A stretch of DNA of 64,000 bases from an uncultured Chloroflexia bacterium (GCA_963833225.1 CAWHXD010000006.1:192001-256000); one strand, 5' to 3'; positions 32,879-42,898 are shown, counted from the stretch's first letter. Numbers and translations: made by a program. The notes: a model not told the origin generated them from the sequence alone.

Positions 32879-34309
32879 ATGCAGGCGACAGCGCGCCCCG
32901 ACGTTCCGGCGCCGGCGATCGATCCGCGGAACCAGCGCAAGGCCGCGCAGGGCGCGTGGACGGTGTACGACTTCGCGAACACGATCTTCTCGTACGCGAT
33001 CGTGTCCACCGCGATCGGCCTGTGGCTGACCTCGGACGACCGGTTCGGCCAGGGACTCGGCCAGCTGGTCCAGGGGATCACGATCGCGGTGAGCGTCGGG
33101 CTCAACGCGCTCGTGTCACCGATCCTGGGGGCGCTGTCCGACCGGGATGGGCGGCGGATGCCGTTCCTGCTCCTGTTCACCCTGCTGACCATCATCCCGT
33201 CGGCGATCATCGGGGTCACCCCCGCGGTCGTTGGCGCGATCCTGTTCACGATCGCGAACTTCGCGTACCAGGCCGCGCTGATCTACTACGACGCCACGCT
33301 CACGATGGTCAGCCGCCCCGAGAACCGCGGCCGGCTGTCGGGCATCGGCGTGGGCGTCGGGTACATGGGCACGATCTTTGCGGCCGTCACGCTGATCCTG
33401 CTCGGGATCACCGACAGCCCCGATCCGATCTTCTTCATCGCCGGGATCCTGTTCGCGATCTTCGCCATCCCGATGTTCCTGGTGGTGCGTGACCGGCCCC
33501 GCACAGGCTCGTCGCCGCTCACCGCCGGCGATGTCCTGGGTTCGCTTGGGCAGCTCCGCGAGACGATCAGCCATGCGCGCCTCGTGCCCGGGCTGCCGCG
33601 CTTCCTGCTCGGGCGGTTCTTCTATAGCGACGCCGTCAACACCCTGATCGTGGTCATGAGCGTGGTCGCCGTGAAGGCCGTGGGGCTGACCCAGGGCCAG
33701 TGGCTGATGACCTCGGTGCTGCTCACCGTGGTGGCCATCCTGGCCAGCTTTGGCTGGGGCTACCTCGTCGACCGCGCGGGGCCCAAGAAGACCCTGCTCA
33801 CCGTTCTTGGATCGTGGGTCGTGGGCCTCGTGCTCGGGACCCTGTCGCTGGGCCTGTCAGGATCGACCGCAGGGATGGCCCTGTTCGTGGTCGCCGGCGC
33901 GATCCTCGGCAGCGGCCTCGGGGGCGTCCAGGTCGCGGACCGCGTGTTCATGATCCGACTCTCGCCCCCCGGCCGGATCGGGGAGTTCTTCGGCCTGTAC
34001 GGGCTGGTCGGCAAGGGCTCGCAGGTGATCGGGCAGCTCCTGTACGGCGTGATCCTGTTCCTGCTGTTCGATTCGATGGGCAACGGTGCCTACCAGGTGG
34101 CCATCATGAGCCTGCTGGTCACGATGGTGATCGGCCTGTGGCTGGTGTGGCCGGTGAGCGACCATTGGGCCGGTTCGGGCGAGACCCCGGGCGAGGGCGG
34201 CGCGGGTTCGGACGGCGGCGCGACCGATCCCGGGGGACCGGGCAACCAGGTGGAGGCACCACCGGCACGGCTCGCACCGGACCGGGCGCCATTGGAGCCG
34301 CGCGGGTAG
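32879..34309 (+). CDS. MFS transporter (UMF1/Atg22-like)
   Basis: AWTVYDFANT, PILGALSDRDGRR, RGRLSGIG and GEFFGLYGL; about 12 TM. Confidence 0.88.
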   Translation: MQATARPDVPAPAIDPRNQRKAAQGAWTVYDFANTIFSYAIVSTAIGLWLTSDDRFGQGLGQLVQGITIAVSVGLNALVSPILGALSDRDGRRMPFLLLFTLLTIIPSAIIGVTPAVVGAILFTIANFAYQAALIYYDATLTMVSRPENRGRLSGIGVGVGYMGTIFAAVTLILLGITDSPDPIFFIAGILFAIFAIPMFLVVRDRPRTGSSPLTAGDVLGSLGQLRETISHARLVPGLPRFLLGRFFYSDAVNTLIVVMSVVAVKAVGLTQGQWLMTSVLLTVVAILASFGWGYLVDRAGPKKTLLTVLGSWVVGLVLGTLSLGLSGSTAGMALFVVAGAILGSGLGGVQVADRVFMIRLSPPGRIGEFFGLYGLVGKGSQVIGQLLYGVILFLLFDSMGNGAYQVAIMSLLVTMVIGLWLVWPVSDHWAGSGETPGEGGAGSDGGATDPGGPGNQVEAPPARLAPDRAPLEPRG

Positions 34310-34338
34310 GGTCGCCGCCGACGCCGCTTGCCGCGGCC

Positions 34339-35322
34339 TCAGTCGCCGTAGCCGTCTGGGTGTGCCCTCCGCCAGGCCCAGGCCGACCCGATCATCTCCG
34401 GCAGGGTGGAGCGGCGCGGTGTCCAGTCAAGGATCGCAGCTGCCCGATCGTTCGACGCCACGAGCACCGGCGGATCGCCGGCCCGGCGCGGACCCACCGT
34501 GTGCGGGATGTCCGAGCCCACCACCGCCGAGGTCGCTGCGAGCACCTCGCGGACCGAGAAGCCGCTCGACGTCCCCAGGTTGCAGATCAGCGGCTCCTCG
34601 AGGTCCCGCTCGGTGTGCTCCAGCGCGGCGACGTGCGCGTCCGCAAGGTCCTCGACATGGAGGTAGTCGCGGACCGGGGTCCCGTCGGCGGTGGGGTAAT
34701 CCTCGCCAAACAGCGTGAGCGCGGGACCGCCCTCCACGGCAGCGAGGGCGTTCGGGATCAGGTGCGTCTCGGGGCGATGGACCTCGCCGATCCGGTCCGT
34801 GGCGCCGGCGACGTTGAAGTAGCGCAGGATCACGCTCCGCAGCCCGTACGCCGCCCCGTACCAGCGGAGCGCGCCCTCAAACGTCCGCTTGGTCTCGCCG
34901 TAGGGGTTGATCGGCGCCAGCGGCGCGTCTTCCGTGATCGGGGTCGTGGCCGGCACGCCGTAGACCGACGCGGTCGATGAGAACACGACCCGCCGCACGC
35001 CGGAGGCCCGGGCGGCGTCGAGGAGCGCGATCCCGCCAACGACGTTGTCGCCGTAGTATCTGGCCGGATTGGCGACGCTCTCGCCGACCAGTGACCGCGC
35101 GGCGCAGTGGAGGATCGCGTCAATCCCCTCGGCAACCAGCAGCTTGCTCACCAGGGCCCCATCGCCGAACGAGCCGCGCACAAGCTTCGCGGCGGCGGGG
35201 ACCGCGGCCTCGTGACCCGAGGACAGGTCGTCGAGGACCACCACGTCGTGACTCGCGGCAAGCAGCGCGTCCACCGACACCCCGCCGACGTACCCTGCGC
35301 CCCCGGTGACCAGGACCTTCAT
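34339..35322 (-). CDS. galE: UDP-glucose 4-epimerase
   Basis: VLVTGGAGYVG, VFSSTASVYG, PYGETK, LRYFNVAGA, PETHLIP and VRDYLHVEDLA. Confidence 0.95.
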   Translation of the reverse strand: MKVLVTGGAGYVGGVSVDALLAASHDVVVLDDLSSGHEAAVPAAAKLVRGSFGDGALVSKLLVAEGIDAILHCAARSLVGESVANPARYYGDNVVGGIALLDAARASGVRRVVFSSTASVYGVPATTPITEDAPLAPINPYGETKRTFEGALRWYGAAYGLRSVILRYFNVAGATDRIGEVHRPETHLIPNALAAVEGGPALTLFGEDYPTADGTPVRDYLHVEDLADAHVAALEHTERDLEEPLICNLGTSSGFSVREVLAATSAVVGSDIPHTVGPRRAGDPPVLVASNDRAAAILDWTPRRSTLPEMIGSAWAWRRAHPDGYGD

Positions 35323-35756
35323 GGGCGCTTCCTCCTGAGCAGGCGGTCGACGACGCTCCGCCGGGAGGTCGTGCGAGCGGATGGCTGGCCGGGCTCCGTG
35401 GATGGTTCGATGGCGGGCTCCGTGGATGGCTGGTCGGCGGGCCCCGCGGCGGGCCCTGCAGCGGGTGCCCCGGCACTGGCCACGTCCGGCAGCAATTCGC
35501 CGCGGTAGGCCCAGATCTCCTCCAGCCTGCCGGCGAGCCGCTGGGCCGCGACGTTCTCGGGGTCGATGCCCAGCGCCCGCCGGGCCAGCCGCCACGCCTC
35601 GGGCTCGTCACCGCGCTCGAGGGCGACGCGAGCCAGCCCGACCACGGCGATCGAGTTCTGCGGGTCGCCGTCGGCGGCCTGGCGATACAGGCGCTCGGCC
35701 TGGTCCACCAGTCCCGCGGTCAGCGCTCGCTCGGCCCCCAGCAACAGCTCGATCAT
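35319..35756 (-). CDS. Tetratricopeptide repeat protein
   Basis: AERLYRQAADGDPQNSIAVVGLA and ARRALGIDPENVAA TPR-like helices; Pro-rich tail. Confidence 0.75.
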   Translation of the reverse strand: MIELLLGAERALTAGLVDQAERLYRQAADGDPQNSIAVVGLARVALERGDEPEAWRLARRALGIDPENVAAQRLAGRLEEIWAYRGELLPDVASAGAPAAGPAAGPADQPSTEPAIEPSTEPGQPSARTTSRRSVVDRLLRRKRP

Positions 35757-37138
35757 CGGTTCACTCCGGCCTCGTCCACATCTGCAAGCATGCCCTGTGC
35801 GAGCAGCAGCAGCGTGGCCCGCTCGTTGAGCGCCGGGTCGTTGATGACGCGCTCGACCAGTTCGTCGAGGATCCGCCCGAGCAGCGGACCGGGCGACAGG
35901 TCCAGCTCCCGAATGAGGTCCCCACCGTCGATGACCAGCGCGTAGCGGTCCAGGGCCGCCGCGGCCGCGAGCTCCGCGTCGAGGCGGGCCCGGAACGCGT
36001 CCCGGACCGGATCGTCGGGCCCTACCCCGGACCCGATGTCGTCCGCCCGCCGGAGCGCGAACAGGTTGTCCAGGTGACGCGCGCCGACGCGCTTGAGAAA
36101 CCGTCGGATCGCCGCGTCGGTGAGGTCCGGGTCCGCCCAGAACATGTGGTGGCGGACAAGGTGCGCCACGTCATCGATCGCCGCCCTCGGCAGGCGCAGC
36201 CGCCGGAGCCAGTTCGCGGCCAGCCGGGCGCCCACCACCTCGTGGTGGTGGAAGTGCCCGTCGGCGAGCGTCGATGGCTTGCCGATGTCGTGGACCAGCG
36301 CAGCCAGGCGGACGACCGGGCGAGACGCGGGGCTTGCATCGACCGTCCGCAGCGTGTGCTCCCAGAGGTCCTCGCCGGGCACCTTGTTCTGCGGGATGCC
36401 GCGTTGCGAGGCCAGCTCCGGGGCCAGGACGGCCAGCAGGCCCGTCTGCTCGGCGAGGCGCAGCCCGACCGAGGGCCTGGGCGTCGCGAGCAGCTTCTCC
36501 AGCTCCGCGCCGATCCGCTCGCCGGAGAGATGCGCGACGAGTCCCGCGTTGGCGCGGATCGCGTCCAGCGTCGCCGGCTCGATGGCGAAGTCGAGGGCAG
36601 CCGCCAGCCGCACGGCGCGGATCATCCGCAGCGCGTCCTCCTGGAAGCGCGCGTCCGGGTCGCCGACGGCCCGCAGCACCCGTCGGTCGATGTCGGTGCG
36701 GCCCTCGAACGGGTCGACCAGCGTTGCCGCGGCCCCGGCAGCCTCGCGGCCCCAGGCGAGGGCGTTGACGGTGAAGTCGCGACGGGCAAGGTCGGCCACC
36801 ACGTCCGTCCCGAACTCCACCCTGTGCGGCCGGCGGAAGTCGGCGTACTCGTGCTCGGTCCGGAAGGTCGTGACCTCGAACACGTCATCGGCACGGCGGA
36901 CCGCGACGGTTCCAAACCGGTTCTCGTAGACGGCACCGTGGAACAGGCTGACGAGCTGCTCGGGGAGCGCATCGGTCGCCAGGTCCCAGTCTGCCGGCTC
37001 GCGACCCAGGAGCGCGTCGCGCAGCGACCCGCCCACGATGTACCCGGCGTGCCCGGCCACGTGGAGGCCGTCGAGGAGCTCGATGACCGATGACGGGATG
37101 AGCGCTCGCAGGCGTGCGTCGTCGGCGCCGGCGGCCAC
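35753..37138 (-). CDS. cca: CCA tRNA nucleotidyltransferase with HD domain (start approximate)
   Basis: VGGSLRDALLG..DWDLAT, RRDFTVNA, EDALRMIR, SGERIGAE and HDIGK. Confidence 0.88.
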   Translation of the reverse strand: MAAGADDARLRALIPSSVIELLDGLHVAGHAGYIVGGSLRDALLGREPADWDLATDALPEQLVSLFHGAVYENRFGTVAVRRADDVFEVTTFRTEHEYADFRRPHRVEFGTDVVADLARRDFTVNALAWGREAAGAAATLVDPFEGRTDIDRRVLRAVGDPDARFQEDALRMIRAVRLAAALDFAIEPATLDAIRANAGLVAHLSGERIGAELEKLLATPRPSVGLRLAEQTGLLAVLAPELASQRGIPQNKVPGEDLWEHTLRTVDASPASRPVVRLAALVHDIGKPSTLADGHFHHHEVVGARLAANWLRRLRLPRAAIDDVAHLVRHHMFWADPDLTDAAIRRFLKRVGARHLDNLFALRRADDIGSGVGPDDPVRDAFRARLDAELAAAAALDRYALVIDGGDLIRELDLSPGPLLGRILDELVERVINDPALNERATLLLLAQGMLADVDEAGVNR

Positions 37139-37146
37139 GGGAGCGG

Positions 37147-37677
37147 TTAGTTCCGGCCGAGGAAGAGGTAGTTGCGCCAGGCCTCGTTGCGGTCGTCCTC
37201 GAGGTACGGCGTGAACAGCGAGTACAGGTCGCTGCGCGGCTCGAAGGGAGGGCGGGTGAGGCGGAGCCGTGCCTCTTCGGGCGTCCGGCCACCCTTGCGG
37301 TGGTTGCACGGCTTGCAGGCCGCGACAAGGTTCTCCCAAGTGTGGCCGCCACCGCGGTGGCGCGGCATCACGTGATCGAGCGTGAGGTCCCCGGCGGTCC
37401 GGCCGCAGTACTGGCAGGTGTGGCGATCCCGGGCGAAGATCTCGCGCCGCGTCAGCCTGACGCGCGGCCGCGGCCGACGGACATGGTGCTGGAGGCGGAT
37501 CACCGACGGCGCCCGATACGCATCGCGGGGCGTCCGGATGGTGGCGTGGTCGAACTCGATGACCTCCGCCTTGGAGCCGAACAGCAGCCGGAACGCCCGC
37601 CGGATGTTGCACACGTTGAGCGGCTCGTAGTTCTGGTTGAGGACGAGGACAACGCCGTCCAGGGGGCGCAGGGATAC
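37147..37677 (-). CDS. HNH endonuclease (McrA-like; start uncertain)
   Basis: VLVLNQNYEPLNVC, RDRHTCQYCG, LTLDHVMPRHRGG and WENLVAACKPCNHRKG. Confidence 0.88.
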   Translation of the reverse strand, partial: VSLRPLDGVVLVLNQNYEPLNVCNIRRAFRLLFGSKAEVIEFDHATIRTPRDAYRAPSVIRLQHHVRRPRPRVRLTRREIFARDRHTCQYCGRTAGDLTLDHVMPRHRGGGHTWENLVAACKPCNHRKGGRTPEEARLRLTRPPFEPRSDLYSLFTPYLEDDRNEAWRNYLFLGRN

Positions 37678-37769
37678 GGGACCCCCGTGCGGGCCAGGGC
37701 GGGCCCCGGTGGTCAGCGCTGACAGCGGAAACGCCTGGGTCTCGGTTTCGGGGCTCCTCTCAGCCGCGC

Positions 37770-37970
37770 CTAGACCCGCGGCGGGTCCATCGCCCGCTCG
37801 ACGCGGGCGATCTCGACTTCGATCCGGCCGACCTCGCGCGTTGCCTCCTCCCACGCGGGGCTGCCGAGTGGGACATCGTTCCGGTGGCGGCGCGCGGCTG
37901 CGTGCAGCGACAGGAGCTCCTCGCGGGTCAGGTCCTGGGCCGCGTTGCTGGCCCGGGCGGTGTCGGCCAT
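37770..37970 (-). CDS. Small hypothetical protein (66 aa)
   Basis: GGAGG RBS before ATG 37970; helical sequence MADTARAS...EIARVERAMDPPRV. Confidence 0.55.
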   Translation of the reverse strand: MADTARASNAAQDLTREELLSLHAAARRHRNDVPLGSPAWEEATREVGRIEVEIARVERAMDPPRV

Positions 37971-38150
37971 GGTTCCTCCGTGCAGTGAGGCGAAGGGTAG
38001 CGCGCCGCGGCGCAGGTCGTCTTCCGGGCGGGCCGCGAGGTCCTGCCAGCGAGCCTGCCGCTCGGCGGCCTGCTCGTCCTCGTCGCGGTCGCCCCCTGCT
38101 CGTGGTCGGCCGTTGAGCGAGCCGGCGCACCGCGGGCGCAGAATGTACCC

Positions 38151-38414
38151 GTGATCCGCCAGGTCTTCGCCGACCCGATGTTCGGCCCGACGGCAGCGGT
38201 CTTCGGCATCCGAATCGACCTGCTCCTGCTCGCGGTCGCTGCCGCCTGCTGGGTCGTCGGGATGCTCCTGCTGCGTCGCGTGCTGCGCATCGAGGGCGAC
38301 GCCCACTCGTTCCGGGCGACGAACCGCAGGGACCTGACGACCACGGTCACGATCGCCGGCGTGGTCGCGTTCGTCGCGCTGGGAGCGCTTGTGGTGGCGA
38401 TCAGCGCCACCTGA
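38151..38414 (+). CDS. Small 2-TM membrane protein
   Basis: 87 aa with two hydrophobic helices and GC3-rich codons. Confidence 0.55.
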   Translation: MIRQVFADPMFGPTAAVFGIRIDLLLLAVAAACWVVGMLLLRRVLRIEGDAHSFRATNRRDLTTTVTIAGVVAFVALGALVVAISAT

Positions 38415-38474
38415 CCGCCTGGCGTCGACGATCCGCCGCCGGTCCGTCCTCGACGGCGCTTCGCCTTGTCGCCG

Positions 38475-39740
38475 TCAGTTCCGCGGCAGCACTCGGACGG
38501 CCGCCCGGGGTGTCACGTCGCCCTCTCGCAGGACCCGCGCGTACCAGCGCGCGTCTTGCGGGTGAACCTTGTGGCTGATTCGTGAGATGCGGGCCTCGAG
38601 GAACCAGTGAGCCTGGGTCCGGCACGGGGTGGCGGGGTAGGTCAGCTCCAGCAACGGGCCGGTGTCCGGGTCGCCGAGGGCAAGGCGATCCCCAGGCCGC
38701 AGCGCCGCCCAGTCGATCCCGACCAGCGTGAGGTTCTCGCCATACGAACCCGGGAACGCCCGGTGGCCGTCGCTGCGGACGCGCTCGATGGCCTCCTGGG
38801 CGTACAGGCAGATTGCCTGGTCGACGCCACCGTGGACCGGCTCAGGATCGTGGTGGCGGTCACCCTCGAGTCCAAGGCGCCCGACGGATGCTCCATCGAT
38901 CGGCAGCTTGGGCACCCCACCGTCGTTGCGGTTCACCGACGCCACCAGGCCCTCGCGCCCGGGCGCGGGGGCCAGCCGGCGGGCAACCGACAGTCTCGTC
39001 GTATACGGCAGGTCGACCGCTTCCCGCCCGGCCGTTGCCGGGTCGGACTCGAGGAGCGCCCGGAGGTCCGCGAGCAGGGCCTCGCGTCTCGCCGGCTCCA
39101 GCGAGGCAACGGTGCTGATCGACGCCACCCGGTCCAGGACGCCGTCCACCGTCTGGCGATGGACGTGCTGGAACGTCCGGTCCTCGAGCGGCTCGAACAG
39201 GCCGCAGCGCTCCACGCGCTCGCGCCAGCCGTGGTGCTGGCTCGGAGCTTCGCCGCCGGTGGTGGTCTCCATGAGCTCGCCGAGGCGCCGCACCCACGGC
39301 ACCGACTCGTCGCGGATGTTGTAGGCCAGGACCAGGCGACCGCCGGGGCGCAGCACGCGGTGGATCTCTGACAGGGCACGAACCGTGTTGAACCAGTGGA
39401 AGGCCTGGGCGGCCACGACGCCGTCGACGGAGCCGTTGTCGAGCGGGAGCGCCTCCGCCGTCCCGTCGATCATCTCCGCTCCCGGTGCCGTCACGGCGAG
39501 CTTGGCCCGCATCTCGGCCACGGGTTCCACGGCGATCACCCGGGCCCCGGTCGGGACGAGCTCACGGGTCATCTTGCCGGTGCCGGCGGCGAGGTCGAGG
39601 ACCGTGCGCCCGGCCCGGAGGTCGAGCAGCTCGGCGAGAACCGCGGTGGCGTCGGCGGGATAGCCAGGACGGCCACGCTCGTAGGCATCGGCCGCCCCGC
39701 CAAAGCCGCTGGTGGCGAGCGGATGAACGTCATCGATCAT
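38475..39740 (-). CDS. Class I SAM methyltransferase fused to a MOSC (YiiM-like) domain
   Basis: YERGRPGYP, VLDLAAGTGK and AQAFHWF, then GGVPKLP, GLEGD, HGGVDQAI, GSYGENLT and PATPC (MOSC Cys), all in one frame. Confidence 0.85.
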   Translation of the reverse strand: MIDDVHPLATSGFGGAADAYERGRPGYPADATAVLAELLDLRAGRTVLDLAAGTGKMTRELVPTGARVIAVEPVAEMRAKLAVTAPGAEMIDGTAEALPLDNGSVDGVVAAQAFHWFNTVRALSEIHRVLRPGGRLVLAYNIRDESVPWVRRLGELMETTTGGEAPSQHHGWRERVERCGLFEPLEDRTFQHVHRQTVDGVLDRVASISTVASLEPARREALLADLRALLESDPATAGREAVDLPYTTRLSVARRLAPAPGREGLVASVNRNDGGVPKLPIDGASVGRLGLEGDRHHDPEPVHGGVDQAICLYAQEAIERVRSDGHRAFPGSYGENLTLVGIDWAALRPGDRLALGDPDTGPLLELTYPATPCRTQAHWFLEARISRISHKVHPQDARWYARVLREGDVTPRAAVRVLPRN

Positions 39741-39788
39741 CTCGTGACGATACCGCCGAGGTCGCCGAACCCGCGGCTCACGGCTGCG

Positions 39789-40115
39789 TCAGGCGGGCCG
39801 GGATCGCCCGCGCCGCCTTGACGGCGTCGCCGTCGGCGTGACTGCGGCAGGCCCCTCGACCGCGTCCACGATCCCCACCACGACCGTCCGCAGCGGCCCG
39901 AACGGCGCCCCGACGATCTGGCGCGCGGACGTCCCCTCGTCGAGCACCAGCACCGTCTCTCCGGCTCCCGCCCCCACGGTGTCGAGCGCGATCAGGTACC
40001 CGCCCGTAGGGCGCCCATCGGGCTCCAGGAGGTCGACCAGCAGCAGGGCCCGATCATCGAAGATCGGGGACTTGATCGTGGACACGACCGTCCCCACGAC
40101 CTTCGCGAGCTTCAT
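39789..40115 (-). CDS. BMC-P pentamer vertex protein (EutN/CcmL family)
   Basis: MKLAKVVGTVVSTIK...ALDTVGAGAGETVL...VVGIVD. Confidence 0.93.
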   Translation of the reverse strand: MKLAKVVGTVVSTIKSPIFDDRALLLVDLLEPDGRPTGGYLIALDTVGAGAGETVLVLDEGTSARQIVGAPFGPLRTVVVGIVDAVEGPAAVTPTATPSRRRGRSRPA

Positions 40116-40387
40116 GGCCGCAGCTCCTCGACCGCGTCAACGATCCCCACGATCGCGTGGTCCACGGGAGCGAACCGGTTGGCCATCGCCTCGGCCGCTT
40201 CACGGGCTCCGACGATGTACACGAGCTGACCCGGACCGGCCGTGTCGAGGGCGTCGGCGGCCACGACCGATTGCCCGACGGGCTCCAGCTTGCGGGTCAA
40301 CGGCTGCACGATCAGCAGCCGCACCCCCTCGAGGTTGGGCGCCTTGACCGTCGCCACCACCGTGCCGGTCACGCGCGCGAGCTGCAT
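40112..40387 (-). CDS. BMC-P pentamer vertex protein (EutN/CcmL family)
   Basis: MQLARVTGTVVATVK...AGPGQLV...PVDHAIVGIVD. Confidence 0.93.
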   Translation of the reverse strand: MQLARVTGTVVATVKAPNLEGVRLLIVQPLTRKLEPVGQSVVAADALDTAGPGQLVYIVGAREAAEAMANRFAPVDHAIVGIVDAVEELRP

Positions 40388-40391
40388 GTCC

Positions 40392-41069
40392 CTACGCCTC
40401 CCCGCCGGCCACGTCGACCGCGTCGACGGCGTCGACGGCGCCGGCCAGGCGGCTCGCGAACCGGGGCGCCGCTTCGAGCTCCGCCCGCATCTCGCGGTGG
40501 AGCTGCGGGATCACCCGGGCGATCGGAGAGCGGGCCCCGGGCACGGACCCGGCATCGGACACGGGATCCCAGATCCGTGCCACGGCCGCCGCGACCGCGG
40601 CCTCCACGTCAGACACGGACCCGTCGAACAGCAGGTATCCCCTGCCGCCGAGCCCGTCGCCAAGGCGCAGCTCGAGCAGCTCGACCTGGGCGCCCTTCAC
40701 GCCGGCATCGGCGGCCTCGATCGTCGCTGCCACGGTGGCCGTCTCGACGACGCCCAGCGCGGCACCGGTCCCGGCGCGGCGGGAACCCCGGAGCGCGGCG
40801 ACGACCTGGTCGTGGACGTTGGGCAGGAAGACGGTGTCCACGAGGCTCGACGCCCCGACCTCGATGCCGGCGGCGAGCGCCTCCTCCACGTCGGCGACCG
40901 GTCCCGCGACGAGGACCAGGTATTTGCCGGGCTGGATCGTCCCGGCGCGGACGACGTCCACGGGCGCGCGCTTGACCATCGCGTCTCCCGCCTCGATGCC
41001 GATCGCGATCGAGGCCAACTCGATCAGCGCCAGCGCGGGCTGGAGGGGGTCGACGGCGGGGTCGGCCAT
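40392..41069 (-). CDS. BMC-T tandem shell protein (PduT-like, single-layer trimer type)
   Basis: ALALIELASIAIGIEAGDAMVK..PGKYLV and a second domain ALGVVET..AADAGVKGA..GLGGRGY. Gln (IQPGK) replaces the PduT Fe-S Cys. Confidence 0.88.
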   Translation of the reverse strand: MADPAVDPLQPALALIELASIAIGIEAGDAMVKRAPVDVVRAGTIQPGKYLVLVAGPVADVEEALAAGIEVGASSLVDTVFLPNVHDQVVAALRGSRRAGTGAALGVVETATVAATIEAADAGVKGAQVELLELRLGDGLGGRGYLLFDGSVSDVEAAVAAAVARIWDPVSDAGSVPGARSPIARVIPQLHREMRAELEAAPRFASRLAGAVDAVDAVDVAGGEA

Positions 41070-42520
41070 CACACGATCCGCAGGGCGCCGACGACGGTCA
41101 CCCGTCGCTCGCGCGAGAACGTCCGGGGCCGGGTCATCCCGTCGCCGGACGGGCTGGCGATGGACACCGTCGCGAACCCTTCGCCGCCCTCGCCGAGCCC
41201 CGTGAAGTTGGGGCCGTTGGCGACGAAGATCGAGCAGTTCATCGCGCGGGCCATGCGCGTGATCGTGGCCACGTTGGTCGAGTGGATCGACGCCGTGTGC
41301 CGGAAGCCGTGCTCGGAGCGGACCGCGAGGTCGATCGCCGCGTCGACATCCGGGACGCGCACCACCGGCAGCACCGGCATCATCTGCTCGGTCCAGACGA
41401 GCGCGTGCTCGATCGAGACCTCGGCGACCAGGACCCGCGGCTCCACGGTCGGCCGGACGCCGATCTCCGCGAGCAGGCGCGCCGCGTCCCGGCCGACCCA
41501 CGCGGTGTTGATGTGGCCGGGCTTCCCCGGCGAGCCGAGGTCCGAGAAGATGACCCGCTCCAGCCGCCGCAGCTCGTGCTCGGCGAGGACGTACGCCCCG
41601 TGCTGGGCCATGGATCTGACGAGGCGGTCCGCGATCGAGGCGATCGCGATGACCGTCTTCTCGTCGGTGCACACGATGTTGTTGTCGAACGAGGCGCCCC
41701 GGACGATGTCGGCCCCTGCCCGCTCCACGTCGGCCGTGTCATCGACCACCACCGGCGGGTTGCCGGGACCCGCGGTGATGGCGCGCTTGTCCGACTTGAG
41801 GGCCTCGCGGACGACGCCCGGCCCGCCGGTGACGAGCAGGAGCCGGACATCGGGATGGCTCATCAGGCCGCGCGCGCTCTCGATCGTGGGCTCCGCGACC
41901 GAGGCGATCAGTCCTGGCGGCCCGCCGGCGTCGACGATCGCTCGATGAATGAGGCGCACGGCCGCGTTCGACACCTTGCGCGCCGACGGGTGCGCGTTGA
42001 ACACCACGGCGTTGCCGGCCGAGATGATCGAGATGGCGTTGTTGATGACCGTGGCGGCGGGGTTCGTCACCGGCGAGATCGAACCCACGACCCCAAATGG
42101 CGCGAACTCGGTGATCGTCATCCCGCCCGCGCCCGACACCGCCTCGACCTCGAGATCCTCGGGTCCCGGCGTCTTGCTGGCGCACAGGCGGTTCTTGACC
42201 GTCTTGTCGTCGACCCGGCCCAGGCCCGTCTCTTCCACGGCAAGCCGAGCGAGCGCCTCGGCCTGGTCGAGCGTCGCGCGGCGGACGGCGGCGATGACCA
42301 CCTTCCGTCGATCGAGGTCGAGGGGGCTGCGCGACGCCGCCTTGGCCGCGGCGACCGCCTCGTCGAGGGTGGGAAACACGCCGTCGCCCAGCCGGCTGGC
42401 GGCCGGCGCCTCCAGCTCCGCGCGCACCGCCGCCTGGCGGGCGAGCAGCGGCTGTCCGGGCTCGCCGACGCGCCGGCGGGTCCGGTCGATGATGCTCTGG
42501 ATCTCGCGCTCGTCCACCAC
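41069..42520 (-). CDS. CoA-acylating aldehyde dehydrogenase (EutE/PduP family) with N-terminal encapsulation peptide
   Basis: ETGLGRVDDK, TPGPEDL, PFGVVGSISPVTNP, VTGGPGVV, AGPGNPP, SFDNNIVC and EQMMPV. Confidence 0.92.
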   Translation of the reverse strand: MVDEREIQSIIDRTRRRVGEPGQPLLARQAAVRAELEAPAASRLGDGVFPTLDEAVAAAKAASRSPLDLDRRKVVIAAVRRATLDQAEALARLAVEETGLGRVDDKTVKNRLCASKTPGPEDLEVEAVSGAGGMTITEFAPFGVVGSISPVTNPAATVINNAISIISAGNAVVFNAHPSARKVSNAAVRLIHRAIVDAGGPPGLIASVAEPTIESARGLMSHPDVRLLLVTGGPGVVREALKSDKRAITAGPGNPPVVVDDTADVERAGADIVRGASFDNNIVCTDEKTVIAIASIADRLVRSMAQHGAYVLAEHELRRLERVIFSDLGSPGKPGHINTAWVGRDAARLLAEIGVRPTVEPRVLVAEVSIEHALVWTEQMMPVLPVVRVPDVDAAIDLAVRSEHGFRHTASIHSTNVATITRMARAMNCSIFVANGPNFTGLGEGGEGFATVSIASPSGDGMTRPRTFSRERRVTVVGALRIV

Positions 42521-42521
42521 G

Positions 42522-42809
<288 letters not shown>

Positions 42810-42834
42810 TGATTCCTCCCGACCGCTCGGGTCC

Positions 42835-42871
42835 GGGGGCGGCGCGCCGGTTGCCCGGCGCCACCGCCCCC
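42835..42871 (-). terminator. Intra-operon stem-loop 3' of the BMC-H gene
   Basis: GGGGGCGG..CGCCGG-TTGC-CCGGCG..CCGCCCCC; GCAA (GNRA) loop on the transcribed strand; no U-tail. Confidence 0.5.
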
Positions 42872-42898
42872 CTCGAGGGTCCTGGTTGGCGCCGGCGG

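Noticed and set aside
26342-37612. Long ORF-track proteins of 708, 781 and 619 aa as giant fusions
   Set aside because: Their N-terminal parts are off-frame read-through of upstream genes in high-GC DNA; real starts are near 27415, 31334 and 37138.
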